From positions 960,001 to 1,024,000 of the forward strand of contig CBDBLO010000002.1 of the NCBI GenBank assembly GCA_965207075.1: a stretch of DNA of 64,000 nucleotides. Direction: 5' to 3'. Positions 1-9,454 of this stretch are shown here, piece after piece (position 1 is the first letter of the stretch; every line of letters starts with the position of its first letter). Made by a program: the position numbers and the translations under genes. The notes below the pieces were generated by a model. The model was not told where the DNA came from. It ran no database searches and worked only from the letters and a program-made list of their open reading frames with translations. The stretch comes from Nitrosopumilus sp. GTDB taxonomy: Archaea > Thermoproteota > Nitrososphaeria > Nitrososphaerales > Nitrosopumilaceae.

Positions 1-806
1 TCGCCGGCACCGTCGAGCGCCGCCGCGCCCCTCACCACGTCCACGATCCCGCCACTGTGGTCAAACAGGACGACTGCTGTTCTCGCACGATCCGCGTCCG
101 GTATGCTGGCCAGCACGCCCCCAAGCGACGCGACGGTTTCCGCATAGTCGGGGCCGGCTGACTTTAGCGGCATCCGCAGCGAGCCGGCCACGTCCATTCC
201 GGGCTCACTGCCGACGGCGCCGCCAACGGCGGCCTCCACGGAGCGCCCGATCGCATCGTCCACCGATATCGTGACGACCCGCGTGATCCCGTCGTCCCTC
301 ATCTGCGCCACGAACGCGTCCGCGATGGTATCCGCGTCGGATATGGTACGGAATATGTAGTCGCCTGGAACCGACAGGGACGTGGAGCCGGATGCATAGC
401 TGACCGTCACGATCCCGTTCTGGTTGACGTAGTCGGACATGTGCTCCAGGGTCGAACTGTAGGCGGGCCCGATCACCACCCGTATTCCGTCGGCGTACAT
501 CGATTCTACTGCCCGCAGGGCCGTCTCGCCGTCGCCCCTGGTGTCTGCCTTGACGGTCTCCAGCATCCACCCCCTCTCGTACGCGCCGCGGTTGAAGTCA
601 TACACGGACAGGTCGATTGCGCTCCGTACGTACGTGCCGTACTCGCCCCAGTCGTATGGTACGAGGACGCCGACGGTCACGATACCAATCTCGTCCTGGG
701 CGCTGGCTTCTTGGTGCGCACCCGCGGCCGCCGCCGTTGCTGCTGCTGCCACCGCCGCCGTAACGGCCACCATCAGGAACCTGAGTGGCATGCCTGCCGT
801 CCTCAT
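1..806 (-). CDS. ABC transporter substrate-binding protein, LivJ/branched-chain amino acid type (runs off window edge)
   Basis: Hand-translated, not in ORF track: MRTAGMPLRFLMVAVTAAVAAAATAAAAG signal-like N-terminus, then VTVGVLVP..SAIDLSVYDFN..DTRGDGETALRAVESMYADGIRVVIGPAYSS..SLSVPGDYIFRT, typical type I periplasmic binding protein; AT-rich TATA-like box at about 826-835. Confidence 0.85.
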   Translation of the reverse strand, partial: MRTAGMPLRFLMVAVTAAVAAAATAAAAGAHQEASAQDEIGIVTVGVLVPYDWGEYGTYVRSAIDLSVYDFNRGAYERGWMLETVKADTRGDGETALRAVESMYADGIRVVIGPAYSSTLEHMSDYVNQNGIVTVSYASGSTSLSVPGDYIFRTISDADTIADAFVAQMRDDGITRVVTISVDDAIGRSVEAAVGGAVGSEPGMDVAGSLRMPLKSAGPDYAETVASLGGVLASIPDADRARTAVVLFDHSGGIVDVVRGAAALDGAG

Positions 807-869
807 GTGAATACGACACCGTGTCTGTAAATAAACCATACATGCGTGCAGCCCCTCCAAAGGTGCGCT

Positions 870-960
870 GGGGGGAAGGGGGGGGGGAGGGGGAGGGAGG
901 GAGGAAGAGGGTGGAAGAGAGAAGAGGAAGAAGAGGGAAGAGGAGAAAGAGGTGATGGAG
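870..960. repeat. Polypurine (G/A) low-complexity tract
   Basis: About 90 nt almost entirely G/A with several long G runs. Confidence 0.9.
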
Positions 961-1130
961 GCCCGGCCAGCTTGCCGCGGAGCCCGGCCATCTCAACCGT
1001 GGCTTGGTGCGGCCGGGCCCTGCCGGGCCGCTGGCATGCGCGACGCTTGGCATTGAGGTCGGCTCTGCCGGCGCCACGATTTCTGCACGCGCATGCGCGC
1101 GGATCCGGATGCAAGCCTTAATTATCGTCC

Positions 1131-1682
1131 ATGGGCATCCAGTACATGACACAGCCGCTTAGCGCCACCCTGACATACTATGGGGTCTCCCCGTGGGAGA
1201 TAGAGGTGTTCTACGGGCTGCTCAACTCGCACTTTGTGGTGGTGCAGGACGAGGTGAGCCCGTTTGACGAGGAGTTTGTAAGCTATCTGAGCTTGGAGAT
1301 CCCACTGGAGTTCAACGACGCGTTCTTCAAGTGGTTTGACTTTAAGCGCTGGGACCGTGTAAAGGACATCCTAAAGGAGATGAAGCGGAGACGGGGCACG
1401 GGCAACGCACTGAAGGCCGTCATTGCCTTTTCGGGCAGGATGCGCATCACGTTTACCGTTGACTCTCTGGAGAAGCGGTGGTTTGACAATGCGGTTGAGA
1501 AGATGGACTTTGTGCTGGAGCTGCTGCCGCACCACATGGGCAAGCTTCCTCCGGGGACCTCGTCGGTCCAGTACCGGTTTGACACAGAGTCCGCCCGCTG
1601 GAGGCTCGGTACCGCCACGGATGCCGGTGGCTCTAGGTTTGCATTCCGGGGCGACTCTTGGGAACCGGAAAAGCGGGGCTAG
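1131..1682 (+). CDS. Conserved hypothetical protein
   Basis: 183-aa ORF of globular composition with AT-rich box (cttaattat) upstream; start may be 1146. Confidence 0.75.
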   Translation: MGIQYMTQPLSATLTYYGVSPWEIEVFYGLLNSHFVVVQDEVSPFDEEFVSYLSLEIPLEFNDAFFKWFDFKRWDRVKDILKEMKRRRGTGNALKAVIAFSGRMRITFTVDSLEKRWFDNAVEKMDFVLELLPHHMGKLPPGTSSVQYRFDTESARWRLGTATDAGGSRFAFRGDSWEPEKRG

Positions 1683-1945
1683 CCGCGGAGGGCCGCGCCG
1701 CGGTGGAACCGGCCAATGCGTGCAGCAAGGCCCGGCCGCATGAGGCCGGGACGCTTGGCGCGTTTGCGGGCCCGACGGACGCCCGTTTCCCGCAGGCTGC
1801 ACCCGCAGCGGTGCCGGGCGGCGGCGCGCGCAGGCCCGTTGCCGGAGCCCACGCCGCCATCCCGCAGCCCCTGCAGCAATGTCTGTCGCTGCGGCAAGCC
1901 TGCTCGCTGCTGCAAGCAGGCCGTACGCGGCGCGCGCCTGCCGCA

Positions 1946-2911
1946 TCAGACCTCTAGCGAGTCGAGTATCGCCCCGAGGTCGGTGTTTGAGGTGCCGTCT
2001 GCCCTTGCTATGGACTGTCTTGCGGGGGGGTTCTCCGTATAGTTTGGAATCTTGTCCCTTATTCTGTCACTGTACGGCCCCGTCAACTCGTTGCTGTAGA
2101 ACACGCCTGTCGGGATCCTCTCCCCCCACTCAAGTGACTTTGTGAGGGCTTGGGAGAGGTGCCTGTTGTTCTCGTCTTGGTCGTTGTAGTTTACGGTCGG
2201 ATCATACTTTGTATCCTCCAGCCTGTATATCCTGTCGTGCCTCTCCAGTGACTCCTTCATCAGATCCTTGCCCGCGTACCAGTCACGCGTGTTGATGTCG
2301 TTGTACGTCGGGCATGGCTGAAGCACGTCGAGGAACGACAGCCCCCTGTGCCGAATCGCCTGCGTAAGCAGATACTTGAGGTGCCTGACGTCGTACGAGT
2401 ACCCCCTTGCGACAAAGGTAAACCCGCTTGCGACTGCCAGCCCTATCGGGTTGACGCTGTGGTTGGTGTTTGGCGACGGCAGGGACTTTGTCTTCTCGCC
2501 CAGTTTGAGCGTGGGGGATGCCTGTCCCTTTGTCAGGCCGTACACGCCGTTGTCGAATACCACGTACGTCATGTCTATGTTGCGCCTCCCTGCCGCCACG
2601 AAGTGTCCTGCCCCTATGCCAAGCCCGTCGCCGTCGCCGCCCACGGCCAGTATGGTCATATCCGGATTTGCAAGCTTTGCGCCCTGCGCGAACGTCAGCA
2701 CTCTCCCGTGCAGGGTGTGCACGCCGTACGTGTTGATATAGTGTGACGTCTTGCCAGAGCACCCTATGCCGGAGAATATGGCCGCCTTGTCGCGGCGCAC
2801 GCCCATCTCGGCAAGCGTCATCTGTATGGCGTTTACTATTCCAAAGTCGCCGCAGCCGGGGCACCAGTCATTGTGGACGTCCGTCTTGTAGTCTGCAAGC
2901 CTAAGCGCCAT
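1946..2911 (-). CDS. korB: 2-oxoacid:ferredoxin oxidoreductase beta subunit
   Basis: WCPGCGDFG, SGIGCS, HGR, GDGD TPP motif, LQPCPTYN. Confidence 0.95.
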   Translation of the reverse strand: MALRLADYKTDVHNDWCPGCGDFGIVNAIQMTLAEMGVRRDKAAIFSGIGCSGKTSHYINTYGVHTLHGRVLTFAQGAKLANPDMTILAVGGDGDGLGIGAGHFVAAGRRNIDMTYVVFDNGVYGLTKGQASPTLKLGEKTKSLPSPNTNHSVNPIGLAVASGFTFVARGYSYDVRHLKYLLTQAIRHRGLSFLDVLQPCPTYNDINTRDWYAGKDLMKESLERHDRIYRLEDTKYDPTVNYNDQDENNRHLSQALTKSLEWGERIPTGVFYSNELTGPYSDRIRDKIPNYTENPPARQSIARADGTSNTDLGAILDSLEV

Positions 2912-4994
2912 ACATCAGCACCTCCCTCTTCTCTGCCGTCCCGTCCGCTATCTTCTTCAACGTGTCGTATATCTCCGTGCACGTCATGCCCCTGCCGGTG
3001 TATTTTAGTATGTAGTGGTCCACGCGGAGCCCCATGTTCAGCGCAAGGAGCGTACCGAGCTGGCCCGAATAGTTGGACTCGATGTCTACCACGATGCGGC
3101 CTTCGCGCCCGTCGGATTGCAGCAGTTCTGCCACGCGCCCGGTTGGAAACGGATGGAGCAGCTTTACCTGTATGAGCCTTGCACGTATGCCGTCCTGCCG
3201 TCTGAGCATCTCGACTGCGTCGCGCGCAGGTCCCGTGGCCGAGCCCCATGTTATGACCGTAATGGGACGGGCGCCTCCGCCTCGGTCGTCACCCTCGCCC
3301 CCGCCAACGCCCCCGGCGTCGCCGTCGTGGCCATGCGCCTGCTCGCTTATCACCTCCAGAGCCTGCTCTTCTGCCGGCATCCTGTCCAGTATGAGATCCA
3401 GCCTCGACATGCGCTTTTCCATCATTCTGGCGCGCAGTATGGGATCCTCTGTAATGTGTCCGGTCTCGTCAGATTCGTCACCCGTATTCCAGAATATGAA
3501 GTCGTCCATGCCAAGCTTGGAGCGGGGGGATATGCCGTCTTCTGTGAATGCAAACCTGTGGTACGCGGGTGCGGCCTCTTCCCCTCCACCGTCTCCGTCA
3601 TGCCCGCTGCCCGCTGACCCTGCCGCCTGGCCTGCCGTTCTGCCCGACGTCGCCGCCTCTCCGAGCAGCTTACCGCGCCGTATCTCCACCTTCTGCGGGT
3701 CAAACCTCCTGCATGTCTGGACCGTGTTTGCAAGGAACTTGTCCATCATGTGTATCAGGGGCACCTGGAACTCTTCGGCATAGTTAAAGCACCTGCCCGT
3801 GTCGTAAAAGCTCTCCTCTACGCTCCCGGACGCGTAGACTATCCTTGGAAACTCCCCGTGGCTGGCAAATATCACAGAAAGCAGGTCGTCCTGCCCGTGC
3901 CTCGTGGGCAGTCCTGTCGCGGGGCCGCTCCGCTGGTAGTCCGTTATCACTAGGGGTACCTCGTTTATCCCGGCCCATCCGAGCGCCTCGGTCATGAGCG
4001 AGAACCCGGGTCCCGACGTGCAGGTGGATGAGCGCGTGCCCGTCAGTACGCTCCCTATGGTCATGCCTATTGCGCATATCTCGTCCTCGGTCTGTATCAC
4101 TGCGGTGCTGCCGGGCCTGTCGTCTATCACGTCGACAATCTCGTGCGTCTCCATGTACACGGACTCGTCTGACGCGGGGGTGATCGGATAGTATGCCTGG
4201 AACCTGCAGCCGGCGGCCATCTTGCCGAGCGCCGTCCCCTGGTATCCCTGGACCAGTATGGTGTGGGGCTCCCTCTGTCCCGGTTCTCCCAGCCGGCGGG
4301 CCGCCTGAATGCTTGCGGCATCGGCGTACGTGTCAAGCGCGTCGTACGCCAGCGTGGCGGCCTGTATGTTAATGTCCGACATCGCCGGCTTTTTTGCGAA
4401 TATTCTTGAAACAGAGTTCTTCAGCGGCGCGGCCGGCATTCCCAGCAGCCTGAGCGAGAGGGTCACTGCGATGGTATTGTACAGCCTGATAAACCCCCCC
4501 AGCTTCGGGTTGCCCGTCCTCTCTGCAAGCCTTGCGAGTATCTCCTTGAACGGCACGGGATACAGTGTGACGCCCTCGCTGCGGGCGCACTGCAGGGCCC
4601 CTGCGACGGTGCGCTCTGCACCGCTCTCGTCAAGCCGCCTGTGCAGCCTTTCTACGAACGGGCCGTCAAGAGTATGGACGCGCTCCGTGTCGACCTGTTC
4701 CACCTCTGAGTTGTATATTATGCCGCCGCCGGCATGCACGTCGTCGTAGTGCCTGAATATGGTCTCGGCGTCGAATGCCACAAGCAGGTCCGCCCCGCTC
4801 GTGCTCGAATGCGTGACGCCGTCGGTGACCCTTACTGCAAAGTAGCTGTGCTCCCCCTTTATGTTGGAGTAGAACTCGCGCTTTCCAAATATGTGGTAGC
4901 CGGCCTCCGCGCACACCTGCGAGAATATGTTTGCGCCCGACTCGACCCCGCTTCCCTGCGGGCCGCCCATCATCCACGTAAGATCCGTTTTCAT
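2901..4994 (-). CDS. korA: 2-oxoacid:ferredoxin oxidoreductase alpha(+gamma) subunit
   Basis: GGPQGSG, YYPITPASD, QTEDE, TSGPGFSLMTE, RSGPATGLPT; overlaps beta gene; start could extend to 5009. Confidence 0.95.
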   Translation of the reverse strand: MKTDLTWMMGGPQGSGVESGANIFSQVCAEAGYHIFGKREFYSNIKGEHSYFAVRVTDGVTHSSTSGADLLVAFDAETIFRHYDDVHAGGGIIYNSEVEQVDTERVHTLDGPFVERLHRRLDESGAERTVAGALQCARSEGVTLYPVPFKEILARLAERTGNPKLGGFIRLYNTIAVTLSLRLLGMPAAPLKNSVSRIFAKKPAMSDINIQAATLAYDALDTYADAASIQAARRLGEPGQREPHTILVQGYQGTALGKMAAGCRFQAYYPITPASDESVYMETHEIVDVIDDRPGSTAVIQTEDEICAIGMTIGSVLTGTRSSTCTSGPGFSLMTEALGWAGINEVPLVITDYQRSGPATGLPTRHGQDDLLSVIFASHGEFPRIVYASGSVEESFYDTGRCFNYAEEFQVPLIHMMDKFLANTVQTCRRFDPQKVEIRRGKLLGEAATSGRTAGQAAGSAGSGHDGDGGGEEAAPAYHRFAFTEDGISPRSKLGMDDFIFWNTGDESDETGHITEDPILRARMMEKRMSRLDLILDRMPAEEQALEVISEQAHGHDGDAGGVGGGEGDDRGGGARPITVITWGSATGPARDAVEMLRRQDGIRARLIQVKLLHPFPTGRVAELLQSDGREGRIVVDIESNYSGQLGTLLALNMGLRVDHYILKYTGRGMTCTEIYDTLKKIADGTAEKREVLMYGA

Positions 4995-5070
4995 GCCCGT
5001 TGCAGTCACCTGTCATTGTTGCGTTCTGGCGCGCCACGAGCCGCCGCCTCTGGTATGCGTGCTATGCCTG

Positions 5071-5280
5071 TCACCCTCCAGTCGCGGCATCAAACAGGGC
5101 GCACTCGCACCCGTCGCGTTCCTTGCAGAATTTGCAGACGCAGACACACACGTCCAGCGTCTCGTCACATGTGATACACATGTCAAAATCTGCCTCGTCG
5201 CAGGATGCCCTTGCCGTGGCCGCCTCGGACTTGCCGTGGCCGCTGCCCTTGTCCGCGCCCTGATCGCGTTCTGCATCCAT
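5071..5280 (-). CDS. Small Cys-rich (putative metal-binding) protein
   Basis: 69 aa ending CITCDETLDVCVCVCKFCKERDGCECALFDAATGG; TATA (tttataga on - strand) about 20-25 nt upstream of ATG 5280. Confidence 0.7.
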   Translation of the reverse strand: MDAERDQGADKGSGHGKSEAATARASCDEADFDMCITCDETLDVCVCVCKFCKERDGCECALFDAATGG

Positions 5281-5331
5281 GACTCTGGTGTGATGTAATT
5301 CTATAAATGGTTTGGCCACATCCCTGGCTGT

Positions 5332-6345
5332 ATGGAACCCAAGGAAAAAAGAGCCAAGCCCGGAGGAAAGAGGGGAGGAAGGCCGCGTGTATTCATGACC
5401 GGGCCGCTTCCGGACCGTGCCATGAGAAGGCTGCGCCGCGCATATGACGTGGCCGTACACGAGGGCCGCCTGCCCATATCGCGCAGGGGGCTCCTGTCAG
5501 GGCTGCGGGATGCGGAGGGACTGATATGCTTCCCGTTTGACTCCGTTGACGCGGCCGCCCTGGATGCCGCCCCCCGCCTGAGGGTGATCAGCACGTACAG
5601 TGTGGGGTTTGACCATATCGATATCGGGCACGCAAGGGAGCGCGGCATCGTGGTCGGATACACGCCAGAGGTGCTGACAGAGGCCACCGCGGACATCTCA
5701 GTGACGCTCATGCTTGACCTGATGAGGAGGGTCTCTGAAGGCGACAGGCTGATACGGGGCGGCGGATGGAAGGGCGTGTTTGGCGCGACTGAATATGTGG
5801 GGGTGGATCTGCGCGGCAAGACGCTTGGCATACTCGGACTGGGGCGCATCGGGGAGGCGGTCGCGCGCAGGGCCGCCGCGTTCGGCATGAATATTACGTA
5901 TCACAACCGCCGCCGGCTGCCCGCCCGCATGGAGCGCGTACTGAATGCAAGATACGTGGGCTTTGGCAGGCTTCTGTCCGGCAGCGACGTCATCTCCGTG
6001 CACGTGCCGTACAGCGATGCCACGCACCACCTGTTCGATTCGGGCGTGTTTGCCCGCATGAAACGGACCGCGTACCTGGTAAACACGTCACGGGGCAAGG
6101 TGGTCTGCGAACCGGACCTGGTCCGTGCGCTCCGGACCGGCGTGATCGCGGGGGCGGGGCTCGACGTGTTCGAGTCGGAGCCCGTGGGGCGCTCAAGCCC
6201 CCTCGTGCGCCTGCCAAACGTGGTGCTGGCCCCGCACATTGGAAGTTCCACCGCAGAGACGCGATCTGAGATGGCCGACCTGACCCTGCGCAACCTTGAT
6301 CTCGGGCTGCGGGGGCAGAGGCCCGTTCACTCTGTATGCCGGTGA
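5332..6345 (+). CDS. gyaR: D-2-hydroxyacid dehydrogenase (glyoxylate reductase/D-glycerate dehydrogenase)
   Basis: SVGFDHID, LTEATAD, GLGRIG, NTSRG, AGLDVFESEP, PHIGS. Confidence 0.9.
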   Translation: MEPKEKRAKPGGKRGGRPRVFMTGPLPDRAMRRLRRAYDVAVHEGRLPISRRGLLSGLRDAEGLICFPFDSVDAAALDAAPRLRVISTYSVGFDHIDIGHARERGIVVGYTPEVLTEATADISVTLMLDLMRRVSEGDRLIRGGGWKGVFGATEYVGVDLRGKTLGILGLGRIGEAVARRAAAFGMNITYHNRRRLPARMERVLNARYVGFGRLLSGSDVISVHVPYSDATHHLFDSGVFARMKRTAYLVNTSRGKVVCEPDLVRALRTGVIAGAGLDVFESEPVGRSSPLVRLPNVVLAPHIGSSTAETRSEMADLTLRNLDLGLRGQRPVHSVCR

Positions 6346-6512
6346 TGGCACAGGCGGCAGTGGCGGTACCCTGCACCCGCACGTGTGCCCGTCCTGCCAG
6401 ACGCGCTGGTGCGCCGGCGCGGCCGTGCGCGCGCGTGCACGATCGCGCCGCCGGATACCCGATCGCGCCGCCGCGTGCTGATTTTTATACCAACGCGCAT
6501 TCTAAATACTGA

Positions 6513-6791
6513 ATGAAAAAATTCAAACACACAAATGCAGATCTCGAACTGGCCAGGATCCAGACAGAAAAGGCCAGGGACAGGGGCCAAGAGGAAGATG
6601 GTACGAGGAGTGACAATGCCGGGTCGGAGGGCCGCCGGTTTGGGCGAAAAACCGGCCGCGACGATCCCACCGTGCGTCACATCGGTGCGGGCGCAGGCCG
6701 AACCAGGCGGTACGGCGGAGGCAGCGGCGGCGGCGGCCGTAATCGCAGAGGCCGCCGCAGAACCGCCGGAAGCAGCAACAGTAGATATTGA
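6513..6791 (+). CDS. Hypothetical small protein with low-complexity C-terminus
   Basis: TTTTTATA box at 6482-6489 about 24 nt before ATG; plausible N-terminus MKKFKHTNADLELARIQTEKARD. Confidence 0.45.
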   Translation: MKKFKHTNADLELARIQTEKARDRGQEEDGTRSDNAGSEGRRFGRKTGRDDPTVRHIGAGAGRTRRYGGGSGGGGRNRRGRRRTAGSSNSRY

Positions 6792-6807
6792 CCTACTGCC
6801 GCCCCGC

Positions 6808-7227
6808 CTAGTGTGGTGGGGCTGCAGTTTTTTCAAACGTTATCTGGGAGTTGTATTTCTGGCGCAGCTGCTCGTACGTCCTCTCCCTCCACGGGATCAC
6901 GCATCCGGACTCGTCGTACATCCTTGTAAAGAACGCGGCAAGCACACGCTCGCCTGACTCGTCGTAGAACCTTACGCTGAAGCTGATCCGCTCGGGCTTC
7001 TGCTCCCGCACGAACTCTGCGCGCGATACGTGCTCGGGGTTGACGTGTAGGTGGGCCGGATCGTCGTTGCTGCCCAGCGTTATCCACCCGCCGACGCCCG
7101 TCTCGGACTGCTGCCTGATTTTGAGCGCGTTGCTCTTTATCTCTGCAGTCGCCCCGCCGCTCTTGACTATGAGTAGCACCTCGTCGACCTTGGCAATGTC
7201 TGCCAGCAGGTTGTAGAGTCTGGCCAT
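6808..7227 (-). CDS. ChuX/HutX-like heme-carrier family protein
   Basis: VLLIVKSGGATAEI..WITL..HLHV..SFSVRFYDESGERVLAAFF resembles the ChuX/HutX fold. Confidence 0.6.
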   Translation of the reverse strand: MARLYNLLADIAKVDEVLLIVKSGGATAEIKSNALKIRQQSETGVGGWITLGSNDDPAHLHVNPEHVSRAEFVREQKPERISFSVRFYDESGERVLAAFFTRMYDESGCVIPWRERTYEQLRQKYNSQITFEKTAAPPH

Positions 7228-7270
7228 GTTGCTGCATGGCGGGCGTGCAAATATTTCTGTTTCCCGCCGC

Positions 7271-7591
7271 TCAGTCGCAGTGCGCGTCACCGCTGCCCGT
7301 CTGGCGCCCGCCCGCTGCTCCCTGCCCGCCTATCTGCACAAGCTCGTCGGGGTCGGCCCGTATGCAGTCGGTGCCTACGGACTTTACGGATGCAAACCCG
7401 ATCGTGCCGCGGGCAACCTTGCCGCCGTCCTGAAGCCTCTGGACCTCCCCCCGCACGTCCCGCTTGTGCCTGCTGCATGTTACCCCCAGCATGTACTCGC
7501 CCCCGTCGTCACTTGTTATCGAGATGATGAACTCTGGCGGGTTTGGGCACTGTCTTCCACCCTGTTTTATGGAGCACCTGTTGGGAAGCAT
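7271..7591 (-). CDS. Conserved hypothetical protein
   Basis: 106 aa with Cys/His (CS..CPNPPE..GVTCSRH..TDCI); TATA ttaatat upstream. Confidence 0.75.
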   Translation of the reverse strand: MLPNRCSIKQGGRQCPNPPEFIISITSDDGGEYMLGVTCSRHKRDVRGEVQRLQDGGKVARGTIGFASVKSVGTDCIRADPDELVQIGGQGAAGGRQTGSGDAHCD

Positions 7592-7894
7592 GACGCGTGC
7601 GGGCTTGAGTCGGATATTAACCTTGGCGGTATCGGGGTACGGGAAGGCCCCTTGAAAGTTCGTGCCCGCCGGACTTTATTTTTCAGATTTCAGACCGGGG
7701 GCTAGAATCCCTACGGTTTGGGGCGCGGGCCCCCGTGCGGGGGTCTCATTTTGCACAAAATCCGCGCCCCGTCCTGGCCGTGCGTGAACTCGCCCGGTCT
7801 GGATGACGCCGCCCTCCGGGCCGGCGCGCCCCGCGAGCCTTGCTGCTGCACAAATGGCGGAACGTCGCGCTTTTTACCATGCATGGGGCATGCC

Positions 7895-9310
7895 ATGATG
7901 ACTGCAATGCCGGAGACGTTTGATATCGCCATAGTAGGAGGGGGGATTCTGGGCACCTCGCTGTCGTACTTTCTGTCGGCCCTGGGTTCTGCCGGCCGCG
8001 TGGCTGTAATCGAGCAGGCCCCCCGCGTGGCGTTTCACACCAGCGGCAGGAACACTGGCGAGGTGCACGCCCCCTACCTGTACGACCCGCGCAAAAAGAG
8101 GCTTTTTGCAAAGGCCGCATTCCATGGGTACGACATGTGGGAGGAGTACTCCAAGATGAAGGGGCTGCCCTTCAAGAGGGGTGGCGTGGTGGAGGTGGCC
8201 TCGGATGAGAAGGACATTGCCATGCTTGAAAAGTACATGCGCTGGGGGGTTGAAAACGGACTGCGCGAGGGCTCGGACATACGGATGGTGTCCGGCGGCG
8301 ACCTCAGGAAGGTGGAGCCGGAGGTCAGGTGCAAGGCGGCGCTCGTGGTGCGACGCGAGGGCTCGGTAGACTATGCAGTCCTCACGGGTTCGCTCATGGA
8401 GGACAGCGCGTCATACGGCACCGCGTTTCTTTTGGGCGCACGCGCGGTCCGTATCGACAGGACCCGCGACGGCTGGAGCGTACTTGTCGCCGACGCGGAT
8501 CGAGGTGGCCGGCGCGGCGCGGGCAGTCACACAGCTGGCATGGACACCACCACCACCACTTCACAGAGCCGTGAGATACGGTGCAGGTTTCTGATAAATG
8601 CTGCCGGCGGGGAATCCGTCGACGTCGCGCACAGAACCGGGCTTGCCGAGAACCTGACTGACGTTCACTTTAGGGGCGAGTACTGGAGGGCCCCGCCCGA
8701 ATACTCCGACCTGACCCGTACCAGCATATACTCTGTTCCGGAATTTCCCGAGTATCCGTTCCTGGATCCCCACTGGATAGTCAGGGTCGACGGGAGCTGC
8801 GAGGTCGGCCCTAACGCGGTGCCGGTTTTCAGCCCTTATGGGTACGACCGCGCCGAGAACATCAGGACGTTTCTGCCAAAGACGCTTGAACTGCTCGGTT
8901 CCGGCGCGGCCAAGGCCGCGCTTGACCGAAGGCTCCAGAGCCTCGTGCTCAACGAGATGCACTCCTCCCTCTCAAAACCCGCCATGATACGCAGGGTCAA
9001 AAAGTTCCTGCCGCGCATAGATCCTGGAAAGTTTACGAAGAAGGGGGTGGCCGGCATCAGATCGTCTGTAATAGGTTCGGACGGGCGGTTCGTCCCGGAC
9101 GTCATTATGATAAGCGACAAGTCGGAGCAGTCGCTCCACATACTGAACTACAACTCGCCCGGCGCGACTGGCGTCCTGCCTTTTTCGGTCCATATCGTGG
9201 AGAGGCTGCAGCGCGCAGGGGTGGTCGGCGTGCCGGACCGGCGCGTGCAATGCGGCCCTTGGAAGTTTGAAGACGTTGCCGAAAAGCTCTGCGACGGCCG
9301 TGACGTGTGA
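7895..9310 (+). CDS. FAD-dependent oxidoreductase (LhgO/L-2-hydroxyglutarate oxidase-like)
   Basis: DIAIVGGGILG, HTSGRNTGEVH, INAAG, FRGEY, GPNA, AGIRS, NSPGATG; start 7895-7907 after TTTTTA box. Confidence 0.85.
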   Translation: MMTAMPETFDIAIVGGGILGTSLSYFLSALGSAGRVAVIEQAPRVAFHTSGRNTGEVHAPYLYDPRKKRLFAKAAFHGYDMWEEYSKMKGLPFKRGGVVEVASDEKDIAMLEKYMRWGVENGLREGSDIRMVSGGDLRKVEPEVRCKAALVVRREGSVDYAVLTGSLMEDSASYGTAFLLGARAVRIDRTRDGWSVLVADADRGGRRGAGSHTAGMDTTTTTSQSREIRCRFLINAAGGESVDVAHRTGLAENLTDVHFRGEYWRAPPEYSDLTRTSIYSVPEFPEYPFLDPHWIVRVDGSCEVGPNAVPVFSPYGYDRAENIRTFLPKTLELLGSGAAKAALDRRLQSLVLNEMHSSLSKPAMIRRVKKFLPRIDPGKFTKKGVAGIRSSVIGSDGRFVPDVIMISDKSEQSLHILNYNSPGATGVLPFSVHIVERLQRAGVVGVPDRRVQCGPWKFEDVAEKLCDGRDV

Positions 9311-9454
9311 CTGGTAATGGCGGCCGCCCTGCCTGACTCCCTCCTGGGCCGCCCTGTTGCGGCATGGCGGCATGCCTGCGGCGCGTGAGCGGCATAACCG
9401 CGGCGCGGCAGCGGCCGTGACGACTGCCGTAGAATGATCATATGGTGGCTATAA

